Below, one piece after another: positions 33,003 through 43,141 of a DNA stretch of 64,000 nucleotides. Every line of letters starts with the position of its first letter. Position 1 is the first letter of the stretch. The DNA lies in assembly GCA_963718615.1 (NCBI GenBank), contig OY970368.1, positions 2,848,001 to 2,912,000 on the forward strand. Direction: 5' to 3'. The stretch comes from an uncultured cyanobacterium (GTDB taxonomy: Bacteria; Cyanobacteriota; Cyanobacteriia; PCC-9006; JAAUQQ01). The notes below the pieces were generated by a model, which was not told the DNA's origin, did no database searches, and was given only the letters and a program-made list of their open reading frames with translations. The position numbers were made by a program, and so were the translations under genes.

Positions 33003-33606
33003 AAGTGTTATCGATACCACAACCGAAACTTGGATACAATCTTGGGATGGAGTGGCGATCGCCCTTTTGCTGCCCGTCACGGCTTGCATGGTGGTTTCTC
33101 AGGTTAATCCCTACCATGCCTTGGTAATTCGCGGTATTTTTGGAGCCGTTGCGGTTTTGGTTTATGCCATCTTTGGGGCAGCGGATGTGGCTTTAACGGA
33201 AGCTTTAGTGGGAACAATGTTGTCGATTACGCTGTATGCGATCGCGGTTCGAGCCTCCTTAAATCTACGATTGGGCATTGTGGATGAGGCTATTCAAGAG
33301 ACGATGCAGTTCGATGCATTATCCAATTCTTTTAATCAGTTACAAACCACATTGCGACACCCCTTAATCCCCTATCATTTACGGCTGGAATGGGTGAGTT
33401 ATCCAACACAGCAGGCCCTAGAAACGGCTTTGAGTCAGCGAGAAGTTCATGGCATTTGTATTGCCACTCGGGCCGAGTCTGACCCTCGCGGTCCCGTGGT
33501 CTATCAGCTACAGCTGCGGGTGCAGCGGCTCTATGAGATTTTGGCCCCTGGGATTTCGCCTGCGATCGCCCAGGTTACCTACCGTGCGCCGGAGGACTCA
33601 CCATGA
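32995..33606 (+). CDS. DUF4040 domain protein (MrpA/MrpB-associated subunit)
   Basis: GAADVALTEALVG motif followed by a soluble C-terminal domain; start uncertain. Confidence 0.8.
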   Translation: MIESVIDTTTETWIQSWDGVAIALLLPVTACMVVSQVNPYHALVIRGIFGAVAVLVYAIFGAADVALTEALVGTMLSITLYAIAVRASLNLRLGIVDEAIQETMQFDALSNSFNQLQTTLRHPLIPYHLRLEWVSYPTQQALETALSQREVHGICIATRAESDPRGPVVYQLQLRVQRLYEILAPGISPAIAQVTYRAPEDSP

Positions 33607-34265
33607 AATGGCTTTACATTGCTGCCGGGATTGCGTTCTATCTCAAGATGGTCCTCTTACAAAGTCCTCAGTTGATGGAGACGGAGCTTGCGATTGTTGA
33701 TGCCATTGTCCAAGACAGTGGTGTTCCCAATGCGGTTTCTGGGATTATTTTTAGAAATCGGCTCTACGACACCATTTTTGAGGTTGTGGTTTTTACGATC
33801 GCCATCATGGGAGCCAAATTCTTATTGGCGAACGAACAGCCCTCCTGCCAAATTTATCAATTTACCGATCCCCCTTCCATCGTTCTGGCTCGTCTAGGAG
33901 CCACAATCGCCGCACTGATTGCTGTCGAATTGGCGATTCGCGGTCATCTGAGCCCTGGAGGCGGTTTTGCGGCGGGTGTGGCCGGTGGAACTGCGATTGG
34001 CCTCATTGCTATTACCTCGTCTTCCCAGGTCATGGAGGCCCTCTACCAGCGCTGGCAGGCCGCCGTCCTCGAAAAAGTATCGGTGCTGATTTTCATTGTT
34101 CTTGCGGCTTTGAATCTGATGGGTCTGGAACTGCCCCAGGGAGAACTGGGCAGCTTGCTGAGCGGCGGCTGGATTCCCCTGCTGAACCTGCTGGTTGCGC
34201 TCAAGGTTGCCCTCGGCTCCTGGGCTGTGATTCTGGTCTTTATTCGCTATCGAGGATTACTTTAG
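33603..34265 (+). CDS. mrpB: Na+/H+ antiporter subunit B
   Basis: [15 protein letters not shown] and [12 protein letters not shown]. Confidence 0.9.
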   Translation: MKWLYIAAGIAFYLKMVLLQSPQLMETELAIVDAIVQDSGVPNAVSGIIFRNRLYDTIFEVVVFTIAIMGAKFLLANEQPSCQIYQFTDPPSIVLARLGATIAALIAVELAIRGHLSPGGGFAAGVAGGTAIGLIAITSSSQVMEALYQRWQAAVLEKVSVLIFIVLAALNLMGLELPQGELGSLLSGGWIPLLNLLVALKVALGSWAVILVFIRYRGLL

Positions 34266-35473
34266 GACTTTAAGGCCCCAAAATTAGCGGGATCTTGATC
34301 CCGACGGTGGCGGACGGGGATGGCCGGTCCGGGTTGATCCCCCACCAACGCGGCTGTGGTTTCTAGGGCTGCCCGCAGGCGTTTGGCTGCATAGATCGAC
34401 ATATCGCGGGGGACGGAGATGCGATCGCGCAAATACCGCAACCCCAGGTCAGCACCCTCAGGCGGCAAGCAAGCTTCCCCCGTTATCAGATAGGTTAAAG
34501 CCGCCCGCAATGCCGGTTCAAATAAGGCGTCATCCGCTGGATTCACCCGGATCAGATTGGCCCGATGCTTCAGTACGCGGTGCAAGGCCTCCAGGCGGGA
34601 GGTTTCCGGTTCCGGATAGGCCACATCGGGTAGACCGAGCCAGGGACCGGTATCAACCCGCGCTTGATTAATCGCAGTTTGGGGATCCGCGTTGTCGTAG
34701 CATCCGCCCATTTGCGGGGGTAAATCATGGGCATGGGTATGAAAATCGCTTTGGGTGCCTCGGTAGGTGGAGCGACTCTCTAGGCCATCGAACCAAGCCC
34801 CAAGGCGGGGATTCTCCTCTCTGAGGGAATAGCCCTTGTAGTAATACAAACTGGCATTCATCCGCTCGACGTAGGGCGTAAAAATGACATCAACGGTGCC
34901 AAATTCTTCGAGGAAATAGGGTCCTGGTGTTTGGCTCAAGGCCGCTTCTACTTTTTGGACAACGGCGGTGAACTGCTCCCGATTGCGTTGCTCATTGCGT
35001 GCCGAGCCCGCTGGATAGCAAAGCCAACTGCACCAAGCCCGAAACAGCAATCGCTCTAGCTGGCGCAGGGGGAGAACCTGGCGATCGCCCATTCCCTGAT
35101 TCAAAGGTCCAAAGGCCCGTTCCAAGCCAATCAAAATATCATCGCTCTCCGTCATCATGCGGCCATCCAATTCCAGCGCAGGCAGCATTCCCGACGGCAC
35201 CTTGCGCTTATACCAGGATTCCTTTTCCCCATAGCAAAACATCGTCACCTTTTCGATGCGGTAGGGAATTTTTTTTTCCTCTAACCAAAACCAAACCTTT
35301 TGACAATAGGGGCACCAGGCATGGTGATCCCGATAAAGCGTCACCCGCACCGCTGACTCCGGTTGACCAAACAGCCGCAGCTTAGCTTGGGCATTCGTGG
35401 GGCCATTGATTCGGTCAACGGTATAGGGGGCAAGGGCTTCAAGCTCGGACCAGGTCAGGGGGGCAGCGGACAT
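34262..35473 (-). CDS. Glutathione S-transferase family protein
   Basis: CPYCQKV active site, [16 protein letters not shown]. Confidence 0.88.
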   Translation of the reverse strand: MSAAPLTWSELEALAPYTVDRINGPTNAQAKLRLFGQPESAVRVTLYRDHHAWCPYCQKVWFWLEEKKIPYRIEKVTMFCYGEKESWYKRKVPSGMLPALELDGRMMTESDDILIGLERAFGPLNQGMGDRQVLPLRQLERLLFRAWCSWLCYPAGSARNEQRNREQFTAVVQKVEAALSQTPGPYFLEEFGTVDVIFTPYVERMNASLYYYKGYSLREENPRLGAWFDGLESRSTYRGTQSDFHTHAHDLPPQMGGCYDNADPQTAINQARVDTGPWLGLPDVAYPEPETSRLEALHRVLKHRANLIRVNPADDALFEPALRAALTYLITGEACLPPEGADLGLRYLRDRISVPRDMSIYAAKRLRAALETTAALVGDQPGPAIPVRHRRDQDPANFGALKS

Positions 35474-35651
35474 AAGTAATTCTACAGAGCAGTTTTATAA
35501 AGTTCACGTAAAGTCTAGCGGCCACTCTCCCGACGTTCCACTGCAACTGAGAAAGGAGAGACAAGGTCCGCTGCAAGCAGGTCAAAACACGGTTAACACG
35601 GAACAAGGTCAACACAGGTCAACACAGGTCAACCAGGGGGAATGCAATCCA

Positions 35652-36779
35652 ATGCGGATAGCGATCGTAGGGTGCGGCTTTGTGGCCGATTACTACCTGA
35701 AAACTTTGCCACGCCATCCAAGTTTGGAGTTGGTGGGGGTTATGGACCGAGATCAGAGTCGATCTGAACGTTTTTCTACCTATCATGCCGTTGAATCTTA
35801 TCGCAATTTTGAAGATCTGCTCAACGATCCTCGGGTTGATTTGGTTCTCAATCTCACCAATCCCCACAGCCACTACGAGGTCTCCAAAGCCTGTCTGGAG
35901 GCGGGTAAGCATGTCTATTCGGAAAAACCGCTAGCGACTAATTTTACCGAGGCCAAAGCGCTGGTTGAACTGGCCGAACGTCGGGGGCTTTACCTTTCCT
36001 CTGCTCCCTGCAATCTGCTGAGCGAAACGGCCCAGGGGGTTTGGCGGGCTTTGCAAGAGAAGGTTGTGGGCGAGGTTCGCCTGGTCTATGCGGAAATGGA
36101 TGATGGCATGGTTCACCGCATGCCCTACGACCAGTGGTACAGCGAGTCGGGGATCCCCTGGCCTTTTCAGGATGAATTTGAGGTGGGTTGCACCCTGGAA
36201 CACGCAGCCTATTACATCACTTGGCTGGTGGCCTTCTTTGGCCCAGTGGAAACGGTGACGGCCTTTTCCGACTGCCTGATTCCCGATAAACAACCCCCCC
36301 AACCCTTGACCCGTAACGCTCCAGATTTTTCTGTGGCCTGTCTCAAGTTTCGCTCAGGCGTAGTGGCTCGGCTCACCTGCGGCATAGTTGCCCCCCACGA
36401 CCATCAGCTCCGCATCATTGGGGATACAGGGGTGCTCTCGGTTAAGGATTGTTGGTTCTATCGATCGCCCATCCACATCCAACGCCCGATTACGATTCGT
36501 CGCCGCCAATTCTGGAATCCCTGGAAACAGCGTTATCCCCTGCCCAAGGGCAAATCTCACTTTGGTTATCGGGGCGCTCAGCAAATGGACTTTGCCCGAG
36601 GGGTGGCGGCTCTGGCTACAGCGATTCAGCGCGGTGAGCCGGGGTTGCTCTCGGCCCGCTATTGCCTGCATGTCAATGAAGTGGTTTTGGCGATCCAGGA
36701 TGCAGGGACTGATGGATCGGTCTACCGCGTCACGACCCCCTGCGAGGCAGAGCCGCTGTTGGCCAGTTTGCCGGGATAA
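35652..36779 (+). CDS. Gfo/Idh/MocA family oxidoreductase
   Basis: IAIVGCGFVA and GKHVYSEKPLA. Confidence 0.9.
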   Translation: MRIAIVGCGFVADYYLKTLPRHPSLELVGVMDRDQSRSERFSTYHAVESYRNFEDLLNDPRVDLVLNLTNPHSHYEVSKACLEAGKHVYSEKPLATNFTEAKALVELAERRGLYLSSAPCNLLSETAQGVWRALQEKVVGEVRLVYAEMDDGMVHRMPYDQWYSESGIPWPFQDEFEVGCTLEHAAYYITWLVAFFGPVETVTAFSDCLIPDKQPPQPLTRNAPDFSVACLKFRSGVVARLTCGIVAPHDHQLRIIGDTGVLSVKDCWFYRSPIHIQRPITIRRRQFWNPWKQRYPLPKGKSHFGYRGAQQMDFARGVAALATAIQRGEPGLLSARYCLHVNEVVLAIQDAGTDGSVYRVTTPCEAEPLLASLPG

Positions 36780-36798
36780 TCCTGAGGAATTAAGCATT

Positions 36799-37872
36799 AT
36801 GCAACTACTCATAACAGGGGCCTCAGGCTTTTTGGGGCAGGCGGTGGTGATGGAGGCGCTGCGGCGGGGGCATGAAGTCATTGCAGTGAGGCGATCGCCT
36901 GCTGCTGTTTCCTCCACCCTTGCCCCTCTTCCTCCTACCGCTCAAGACCCGTTACTGCGCTCCCCTTTACTGCGCTGGATTGCCGCTGATTTGCGATCGC
37001 CCCAGGCCCTCCAAGCCCTTCAGCCGGATCTGGCCCAAGCCGATGGGGTGATTCACCTAGCCGCTGCCAAATCCGGTTCCTTGGAACAGCAGTGGTTGGA
37101 TACGGTGGGAGGGACGGAGCGGTTGTTGGAGGCGATCGCCCAGCTTTCCCAGCCCCTAGCCGGTCTAGTGGCTATTAGCAGTTTTTCTGTCTATGACTGG
37201 CTGGCGCTACCTACGGGGGCTTGGCTGGATGAAACTTCACCGTTGGAATCCCAGCCTCAGTACCGAGATGTCTATGCCCAGGTCAAGCTGGCCCAGGAAG
37301 CGCGAGTGCAAGCCTTTGCGGCGGCTCATCCCGCGACTGCTGTAACGATTTTGCGTCCGGGAATAATTTTTGACCAGGCGGGACAGGATGGAGCGCAGAA
37401 CTGGAATGCCCACTTGGGGGCGAAGCTAGGACCGCTGTATTTACGCATTGGTCGCGAAGCGACGTTACCGCTGATCGAGGTGGGGCGTTGTGCGGAGGCA
37501 GTGGTCCGGGCGGCGGAACAGGCGTTGCTATCTTCTGTGCTTAATCTGAAGGTTCCGAATCTAAAGGTTTTGAATCTTGTTGATGACGAATTGCCTACCC
37601 AGGCGGAGTATTGGCAGCAATTAAAGCAGCGGGCAAAACATCAGGGCCAGCCGTTGCCCAGAACAATTCCTCTGGCTTGGTCGCTGTTGCAGCCTGTTGC
37701 TGGGTTGGTCTTTGGGATCCAACAGCGCTTGCTTGGGGGGCGGGTGCCACTGCCGGGGATTCTGATTCCGGCTCGAATTGCGGCCCGGTTTAAGCCGCTG
37801 CGCTTTAGCAATGCCCAGGCTAAAGCTGTTGGGTTTCGCTTTGCTCAACGCCAACCTACAGCACCGCATTGA
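36799..37872 (+). CDS. NAD-dependent epimerase/dehydratase (extended SDR)
   Basis: MQLLITGASGFLG, VIHLAA, YAQVK, ILRPG; start at ATG 36799. Confidence 0.88.
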   Translation: MQLLITGASGFLGQAVVMEALRRGHEVIAVRRSPAAVSSTLAPLPPTAQDPLLRSPLLRWIAADLRSPQALQALQPDLAQADGVIHLAAAKSGSLEQQWLDTVGGTERLLEAIAQLSQPLAGLVAISSFSVYDWLALPTGAWLDETSPLESQPQYRDVYAQVKLAQEARVQAFAAAHPATAVTILRPGIIFDQAGQDGAQNWNAHLGAKLGPLYLRIGREATLPLIEVGRCAEAVVRAAEQALLSSVLNLKVPNLKVLNLVDDELPTQAEYWQQLKQRAKHQGQPLPRTIPLAWSLLQPVAGLVFGIQQRLLGGRVPLPGILIPARIAARFKPLRFSNAQAKAVGFRFAQRQPTAPH

Positions 37873-37931
37873 TTTGATGCTTTTTTTGATGCTTTTTGCT
37901 GAGCTCAACTGTTTCTACTTTGCAAGGTCCT

Positions 37932-39131
37932 ATGAAAGTTGCCTATTTAACGGGCGAATATCCCCGTGCTACCGATACCTTCATTCAGCGAGAGATTGCG
38001 GTGCTGCGGCAACAGGGGATTGAGGTGACAACCTTTTCGGTGCGACGGACGGGGGATGAGCATCTGGTTGGACCGGAACAGAGAGAGGAGCGATCGCGCA
38101 CCACCTACCTCCTCCCACCCCATCCTGCCAAGCTTCTCTTGGCCCATCTCACGGGCCTGATGCATTCCCCTTCGCAATATCTCAGCGGCCTCCTCCTGGC
38201 CTGGAAAACCGCTCCACCGGGGCTACGCCATCAGCTTTACCAACTGTTTTACTTCCTCGAAGCGGGCTTATTAGCCTGGGAAATTCGGCGGCGAGAGATT
38301 TCCCATCTGCACAATCATTTTGGTTCCTCAAGCTGCACGGTGGCCATGCTAGCGGCGGAGATCGGCGGATTTGGCTATAGCTTCACACTCCATGGCCCCC
38401 ACGTCTTTTTTAACCCAGAGCATTGGCATCTCCGGGAGAAGATTAAGCGAGCAAAATTTGTGAGTTGCATTAGCCACTTTTGCCGTAGTCAGGCGATGTA
38501 TTTTGCCCCCTGGGAAACCTGGGACCGGCTGCACATTGTCCATTGTGGGGTTGACCCGGAGAAGTTTGAGCCAGTGGAGCATCGGCCAGACCAACAACGA
38601 CTGCTCTATACCGGACGACTGGCCCCGGAAAAAGGCTTGCCGATTTTGTTAGAAAGCTTAGTGAAGGTGCGGCAGCAACACCCAGGCGTAGTTCTGACCG
38701 TGGTGGGGGATGGACCGGCGCGATCGCCCCTAGAATCCCTCGTCCATCAGCTTGGCTTACAAAATTGTGTCGAGTTTGTGGGCTATCAATCCCAAGGGGA
38801 GGTCCGGCGCTGGCTAAACCAAACGGCGGTGTTTGTGTTGCCCAGCTTTGCCGAGGGCGTACCGGTGTCGTTGATGGAGGCGATGGCGGCGGGGGTGCCA
38901 GTGGTGACAACGCAGATTGCGGGGGTGAGTGAATTAGTGGAGGACGGGGTAAGTGGTTTTTTGGTGCCGCCGGGGGATGGGGAAAGTTTGGGCGATCGCC
39001 TCTCACAACTATTAACGGATGCGGCATTACGTCAGCAAATGGGAACGGCAGGTCGAGAGAAAGTTGAGGTAGAGTTTAGCGGTGAGGTTGAGGCAAGAAA
39101 ATTAGGAGAGATTTTTAAGAAGTGCGTCTAG
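37932..39131 (+). CDS. Glycosyltransferase family 4 (WcaL-like)
   Basis: YPRATDTFIQREI, HLHNHF, GRLAPEKG, PSFAEGVPVSLMEAMA. Confidence 0.92.
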   Translation: MKVAYLTGEYPRATDTFIQREIAVLRQQGIEVTTFSVRRTGDEHLVGPEQREERSRTTYLLPPHPAKLLLAHLTGLMHSPSQYLSGLLLAWKTAPPGLRHQLYQLFYFLEAGLLAWEIRRREISHLHNHFGSSSCTVAMLAAEIGGFGYSFTLHGPHVFFNPEHWHLREKIKRAKFVSCISHFCRSQAMYFAPWETWDRLHIVHCGVDPEKFEPVEHRPDQQRLLYTGRLAPEKGLPILLESLVKVRQQHPGVVLTVVGDGPARSPLESLVHQLGLQNCVEFVGYQSQGEVRRWLNQTAVFVLPSFAEGVPVSLMEAMAAGVPVVTTQIAGVSELVEDGVSGFLVPPGDGESLGDRLSQLLTDAALRQQMGTAGREKVEVEFSGEVEARKLGEIFKKCV

Positions 39132-39182
39132 ATTGTTGTGTAGACCACGTTTTGGGAATGGAAAAACAGGATTTGATTTTGG

Positions 39183-39908
39183 TCAAGCACGATATTCTAG
39201 GCAGATGGCTTCTCTTTGTTGGCTATTTGAGAGATTCTCGATGTCCCGTTTCCGTTTATTCCGCTTCTTCTCCTCGACAGCTTTGGGATATTTGTCAGAC
39301 AAAAGTAGCTTCACGAACTTTTCAACAGAGGAGTTAGAGGTGTTATTCAGTTGCGGGGAAGCGACAGCTAAGTTTACGTTTTTGATGCCTCCTCCTCCAG
39401 CGAGAAACATAGTGAAGGCACTAAAAATACTGAATGCAGCCATAGCTTTCTCGGAAGACTTACAAGCAGACTTCCAGGCTTGAAGTAGGAGAAGCTGCAG
39501 ATAGGCAGACTCTAGAGTTAAAAATGTCGCTGGGCCAAACGAATTTTGTGTAGGAAGAACAGAAGATTCTTGTTGGCGCAGTTTTGAATTGCTAAAGCCA
39601 CTCTTACGGGACAAAGGAATTTGAAAAGTTGATAGTGGCTTAACTTTTAATGAGATTTCTAGAGCTCTATCAATTTGGGAGGTAAGATTCAGTAAATTAT
39701 CTATTATTGTTTCTTCTAAAGGTTCTAGAAAACCAGACAAAAAAATCTGTTCAAACTCACTAGAATAAGAGTCATCCCAATCACTCTTAAGTCTTTTCCA
39801 GGATAAGACGAGAGACTGAAAGTCTTCTTGAAAAAGACTGTTGACACTACTCATCTCTTGATACAAAACTTGTGCTTTTTCTGACTGAAAAGAAACTTGA
39901 TTCGACAT
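39183..39908 (-). CDS. Protein with a WXG100-like N-terminal domain and C-terminal extension; candidate T7SS-like substrate
   Basis: W37-x6-W44-D-D..F pattern shared with the two upstream WXG100-like proteins; hydrophobic AFSIFSAFTMFLAGGGG segment and basic tail. Confidence 0.6.
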   Translation of the reverse strand: MSNQVSFQSEKAQVLYQEMSSVNSLFQEDFQSLVLSWKRLKSDWDDSYSSEFEQIFLSGFLEPLEETIIDNLLNLTSQIDRALEISLKVKPLSTFQIPLSRKSGFSNSKLRQQESSVLPTQNSFGPATFLTLESAYLQLLLLQAWKSACKSSEKAMAAFSIFSAFTMFLAGGGGIKNVNLAVASPQLNNTSNSSVEKFVKLLLSDKYPKAVEEKKRNKRKRDIENLSNSQQREAICLEYRA

Positions 39909-39918
39909 CTTCTATTTT

Positions 39919-40203
39919 TCATCTCCTTAGCTGATTAAGAGTTGATTGTGATTTCTCAACGATGTCTATTTGTTCCCGAATATACTGAAGTTGAGATTCA
40001 ATTTCTCGCTGAGATTCATCAAGTATTGATTGAATTTTTTCAAATTCAATCTCAAATGAATCAAACTGAGGGTCATTCCAGGAATCCTTGAGATTCTCCC
40101 AGGCCGATATCAAGCTGATATAGTCAGATTTCAGTAATTCCTTGAATTTATCGAGTTCTAAAGAAAAGTCTTTTCCTAGATCGAGATTAAATGTAGTTTG
40201 CAT
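39919..40203 (-). CDS. WXG100-like small helical protein (W-N-D variant)
   Basis: 94 aa with helical-hairpin character and central W35-x6-W42-N-D; TAATG coupling to the upstream WXG100 gene. Confidence 0.75.
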   Translation of the reverse strand: MQTTFNLDLGKDFSLELDKFKELLKSDYISLISAWENLKDSWNDPQFDSFEIEFEKIQSILDESQREIESQLQYIREQIDIVEKSQSTLNQLRR

Positions 40204-40478
40204 TAGCGATTCCCTTCAAATTCTTCTACGATTTCCTTGTAGTCACTAATAAAATTAACTGATTCCTCTAGTGCTTTATTCGCATCTTTACTGTTGAACA
40301 ATACTTCTTCAAATTGAGGCGAAAAATTATCTTTAGCAGTCCCTTTCCAGGTAGAGCTACAGTATTGCCAAGAATTTTGTAGAGAGTTAAGCCGATCGCT
40401 TAGCTTCTCTCGAAATAACTCTAGCTCCGAATGGAAATTCATGAGTTTATCTACATCTACATCAATGTTATTGCTCAT
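40203..40478 (-). CDS. WXG100 family (ESAT-6/EsxA-like) protein
   Basis: 91 aa; central W44-K-G (STWKGTAKDNF); N-terminal IDVDVDKL as in WXG100 proteins; starts 2 nt after the FtsK ATPase stop. Confidence 0.85.
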   Translation of the reverse strand: MSNNIDVDVDKLMNFHSELELFREKLSDRLNSLQNSWQYCSSTWKGTAKDNFSPQFEEVLFNSKDANKALEESVNFISDYKEIVEEFEGNR

Positions 40479-40480
40479 GA

Positions 40481-43141
40481 TTAATTTTGCTCCTGAACTC
40501 GTTTTTGGAATTTTTGGGCGTAGGATTGAAGCTCTTTCGCCAGTGGGACAGCATAGGGCTTAAGTTTTTCTGGTGCATCTACAGTGCTGTAGTCCTTAAA
40601 GTATGCCCTGATAGGCGGTAGTTTCTGCGCATAGGATTCACCAATCAAAGATTTTGAGTCCTCGCCAGACATACTGAGGATAGTTCGCATATCAAATTGG
40701 GCGAGTAAGGATTTGGGTTTGTCGGTAGTCAGACTCGTAATGCTCTTGAGCTCGTCAAACCAGAGAGTTGTGTGAATACCAAGCTCAGGCCCTTCTGTGA
40801 CAAGTTGCAGAAGGGCCTGGGCATCTTCAGACATTTCTTCGTTGCGTTTTCCCATAAGGGGACGAAGGTTGCTGGCTCTGTTGAGACTACCAATAGCGTA
40901 AATAACGAATAGGGAAGGTCCAAACTTATAAGCGTCGGGATCAGCATCACGGATAGTTTTACGGCGTTCAAATTCTTTCCAGATAGTTTGGAGCAGAGTT
41001 TCTGCCTGCACTATTTGTTGGGTCCGGTTTGCTTGCCGCTTGGCGATAAAGGTTGGAAAATATTGACCGAAAGCTTTGCGAAAATAGAGTGAAAAATAAG
41101 TCCAGGGTTTTTCATCGTCATTTTGGGAAAGGTCGATGATGCAGAAGCGAGCCTTTTGGGGTTGGTAGCTATGAACGAGACTAATAAGTATTCCACCGAG
41201 GATGCCGTAGATGGTCTCCTCTGATCTGCCGACGAGGAGCATATTACTTCTGGGACGGCGGCGGAATATGGCCTGGGTATGGTTGCCAATGCGCATGGCT
41301 TCGCCAAGCCATGCCACACCGGGAACATCTTCAACGTCCCAGTCTTCCAGTTTGAGCAGGTGTTTATTGAGATCTTTAGCACACAGCCAACGATTTTGGC
41401 GGGTGAGGGCAACGAGTTGGTGGTTTTGGGAGAGTTTGGTGGGTCTGGAGCCGTTAAAAACGACGAGGGGGGCAGGGCGGAGATATTCCCGCCCTTTTGC
41501 AATTTCTTGAATTCTGATTAGGGCTGCGCGACGAGCAGCTTCGGAAGCATCGGCCACTTGGCCCAGTTCGTTGTAAGCTTTGCGACCAAAGTCGCGGTTG
41601 TAGATAATGCGACCTGGACGATCGAGTAATTCTACAGCATCCACATTGTTTTCATCTAGGATAGCTCCAGCGGTGCGCTGATCCATTTGCTGGGCCATAC
41701 GAAGTTCAATGAAGGAGTAAATACTGCTGCTGATATTAGTGACACGAGGGGATTGGGAGGCGAGGAGCATATGAACTCCAAAGGCGCGTCCGCGTCGGGC
41801 AATGTCTTCAATGATAAGATTGAGTTCTTTTGTAATACTGTCGTTCTCTTGGAACATGTACTGAAATTCATCGATAACAACAAGAATGCGAGGCATATAC
41901 TGATTCGTTTGTTCTCGATATTCTGAGAGTTTTGCAACTCCAACTTTTTTAAATAATTGACCTCGTTGTTCAATTTTTCGTTGAACATGTTGAAGAATAC
42001 TGAGGCCAAACTCTCGATCGCTTTCAATAGAAATAACTTTGGCGTGAGGAAGTGCCTGGCTATCATTCAATTCTGTATTGAAATTTGTGGTCTGGGAACG
42101 AGTCGGGTCAATATAAACTTGAAACTCGACTCCCTCTTTAAAGTCGAGAAGGTAAAGTTCGAGTTCTAACGGTGAATAGCGAAGAGCAAGGCTGTTGATA
42201 ATGGCGTGGAGCGTATAGCTTTTGCCTGCTCCAGGTTTTCCAGCTAGTAGAGCTTGGCTAATCACGATATCATCTTGATTCGTCCCAAGCCAGAAGTCAA
42301 GGCTGTCCATTGCACCCATGATACCAATAGGAGCACGGATTTCATGCCTACTATCGTATGTCCAAGCTCGGAAGGGTTCAGGATAAAGCTCGTTAAAAGG
42401 AACAGTTTCCACCTTTACACTGCGAAATTCATCACCCAGTTTTTTAATAACAGCATTTATGATTTCTTTGTCGGGAGCTTGGTCTAAAGAGACTTCTAAA
42501 ACTGTATCTCGGGCTATGGAATATGAAAAGGATGGTCGTTTTCCAATAACTTTATTAGTTGGGGTCAGAACAGTGCAGTATTGTTCTATTTTCCCTCGAT
42601 TGATATTTCTAGGCCATTCTGCATCTTGGCTAACATGGAGTACAACAGATATACTGGCCCGATGTCCATTTTCAAGAATTGCAATGAGATCTTCAAATGC
42701 TCGATTATTAAAGCCCGTAGGAAAATCAGAGATAAATAAATAATGAAAGGCTTCTGCCGCAAATGGTTTCGCCTGATTAAACTCTTCTAGAGAGGAAAAG
42801 TCTGATCCTAAATATTTTTGAACAACTTGCTCAATGTGATTTGCCAGATTACGTAATTGATCCTGAATTTCATCAGATCTAGTGTAGACTTTAGGCCCTA
42901 ATACAAAGTGCGGGAGTCCCTTGAACGGAAAACTATTGCCCATCGAGATTGGATCAATAAATATGCATTTTAAGAAGCGTGGAGGAGAAAGCGTTAAAGA
43001 TCTGAGTGCCAGAGCTTGTAAATAGCTTATCGCGCAGTTTCTTTCTACAAAGTTTTTACTTTTAATTAAAAGATTGGGTATCCTTATAAAGTCAATACTG
43101 GTATTTCCAGTGTGATTGGCAGGTGACACAAACGCTGGCAA
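40481..43141 (-). CDS. FtsK/SpoIIIE-domain ATPase, EccC/EssC-like, 5'-truncated by IS1
   Basis: Walker A AGKPGAGKS, LYLLDFKEG, Walker B ILVVIDEFQ, GRAFGVHMLLASQ; degenerate ATPase-like domains on both sides; the frame stays open ~131 codons upstream of TTG 43141 until the IS end at 43537. Confidence 0.88.
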   Translation of the reverse strand: MPAFVSPANHTGNTSIDFIRIPNLLIKSKNFVERNCAISYLQALALRSLTLSPPRFLKCIFIDPISMGNSFPFKGLPHFVLGPKVYTRSDEIQDQLRNLANHIEQVVQKYLGSDFSSLEEFNQAKPFAAEAFHYLFISDFPTGFNNRAFEDLIAILENGHRASISVVLHVSQDAEWPRNINRGKIEQYCTVLTPTNKVIGKRPSFSYSIARDTVLEVSLDQAPDKEIINAVIKKLGDEFRSVKVETVPFNELYPEPFRAWTYDSRHEIRAPIGIMGAMDSLDFWLGTNQDDIVISQALLAGKPGAGKSYTLHAIINSLALRYSPLELELYLLDFKEGVEFQVYIDPTRSQTTNFNTELNDSQALPHAKVISIESDREFGLSILQHVQRKIEQRGQLFKKVGVAKLSEYREQTNQYMPRILVVIDEFQYMFQENDSITKELNLIIEDIARRGRAFGVHMLLASQSPRVTNISSSIYSFIELRMAQQMDQRTAGAILDENNVDAVELLDRPGRIIYNRDFGRKAYNELGQVADASEAARRAALIRIQEIAKGREYLRPAPLVVFNGSRPTKLSQNHQLVALTRQNRWLCAKDLNKHLLKLEDWDVEDVPGVAWLGEAMRIGNHTQAIFRRRPRSNMLLVGRSEETIYGILGGILISLVHSYQPQKARFCIIDLSQNDDEKPWTYFSLYFRKAFGQYFPTFIAKRQANRTQQIVQAETLLQTIWKEFERRKTIRDADPDAYKFGPSLFVIYAIGSLNRASNLRPLMGKRNEEMSEDAQALLQLVTEGPELGIHTTLWFDELKSITSLTTDKPKSLLAQFDMRTILSMSGEDSKSLIGESYAQKLPPIRAYFKDYSTVDAPEKLKPYAVPLAKELQSYAQKFQKRVQEQN

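Noticed and set aside
36388-36798. 137-aa N-terminal extension of the epimerase
   Set aside because: It overlaps the Gfo/Idh/MocA gene; the Rossmann motif begins at ATG 36799 with GAGG upstream.
40481-43141. Housekeeping cell-division FtsK
   Set aside because: No gamma domain is recognisable, it has tandem degenerate ATPase modules, it lies in an AT-rich island and it is coupled to WXG100 genes.
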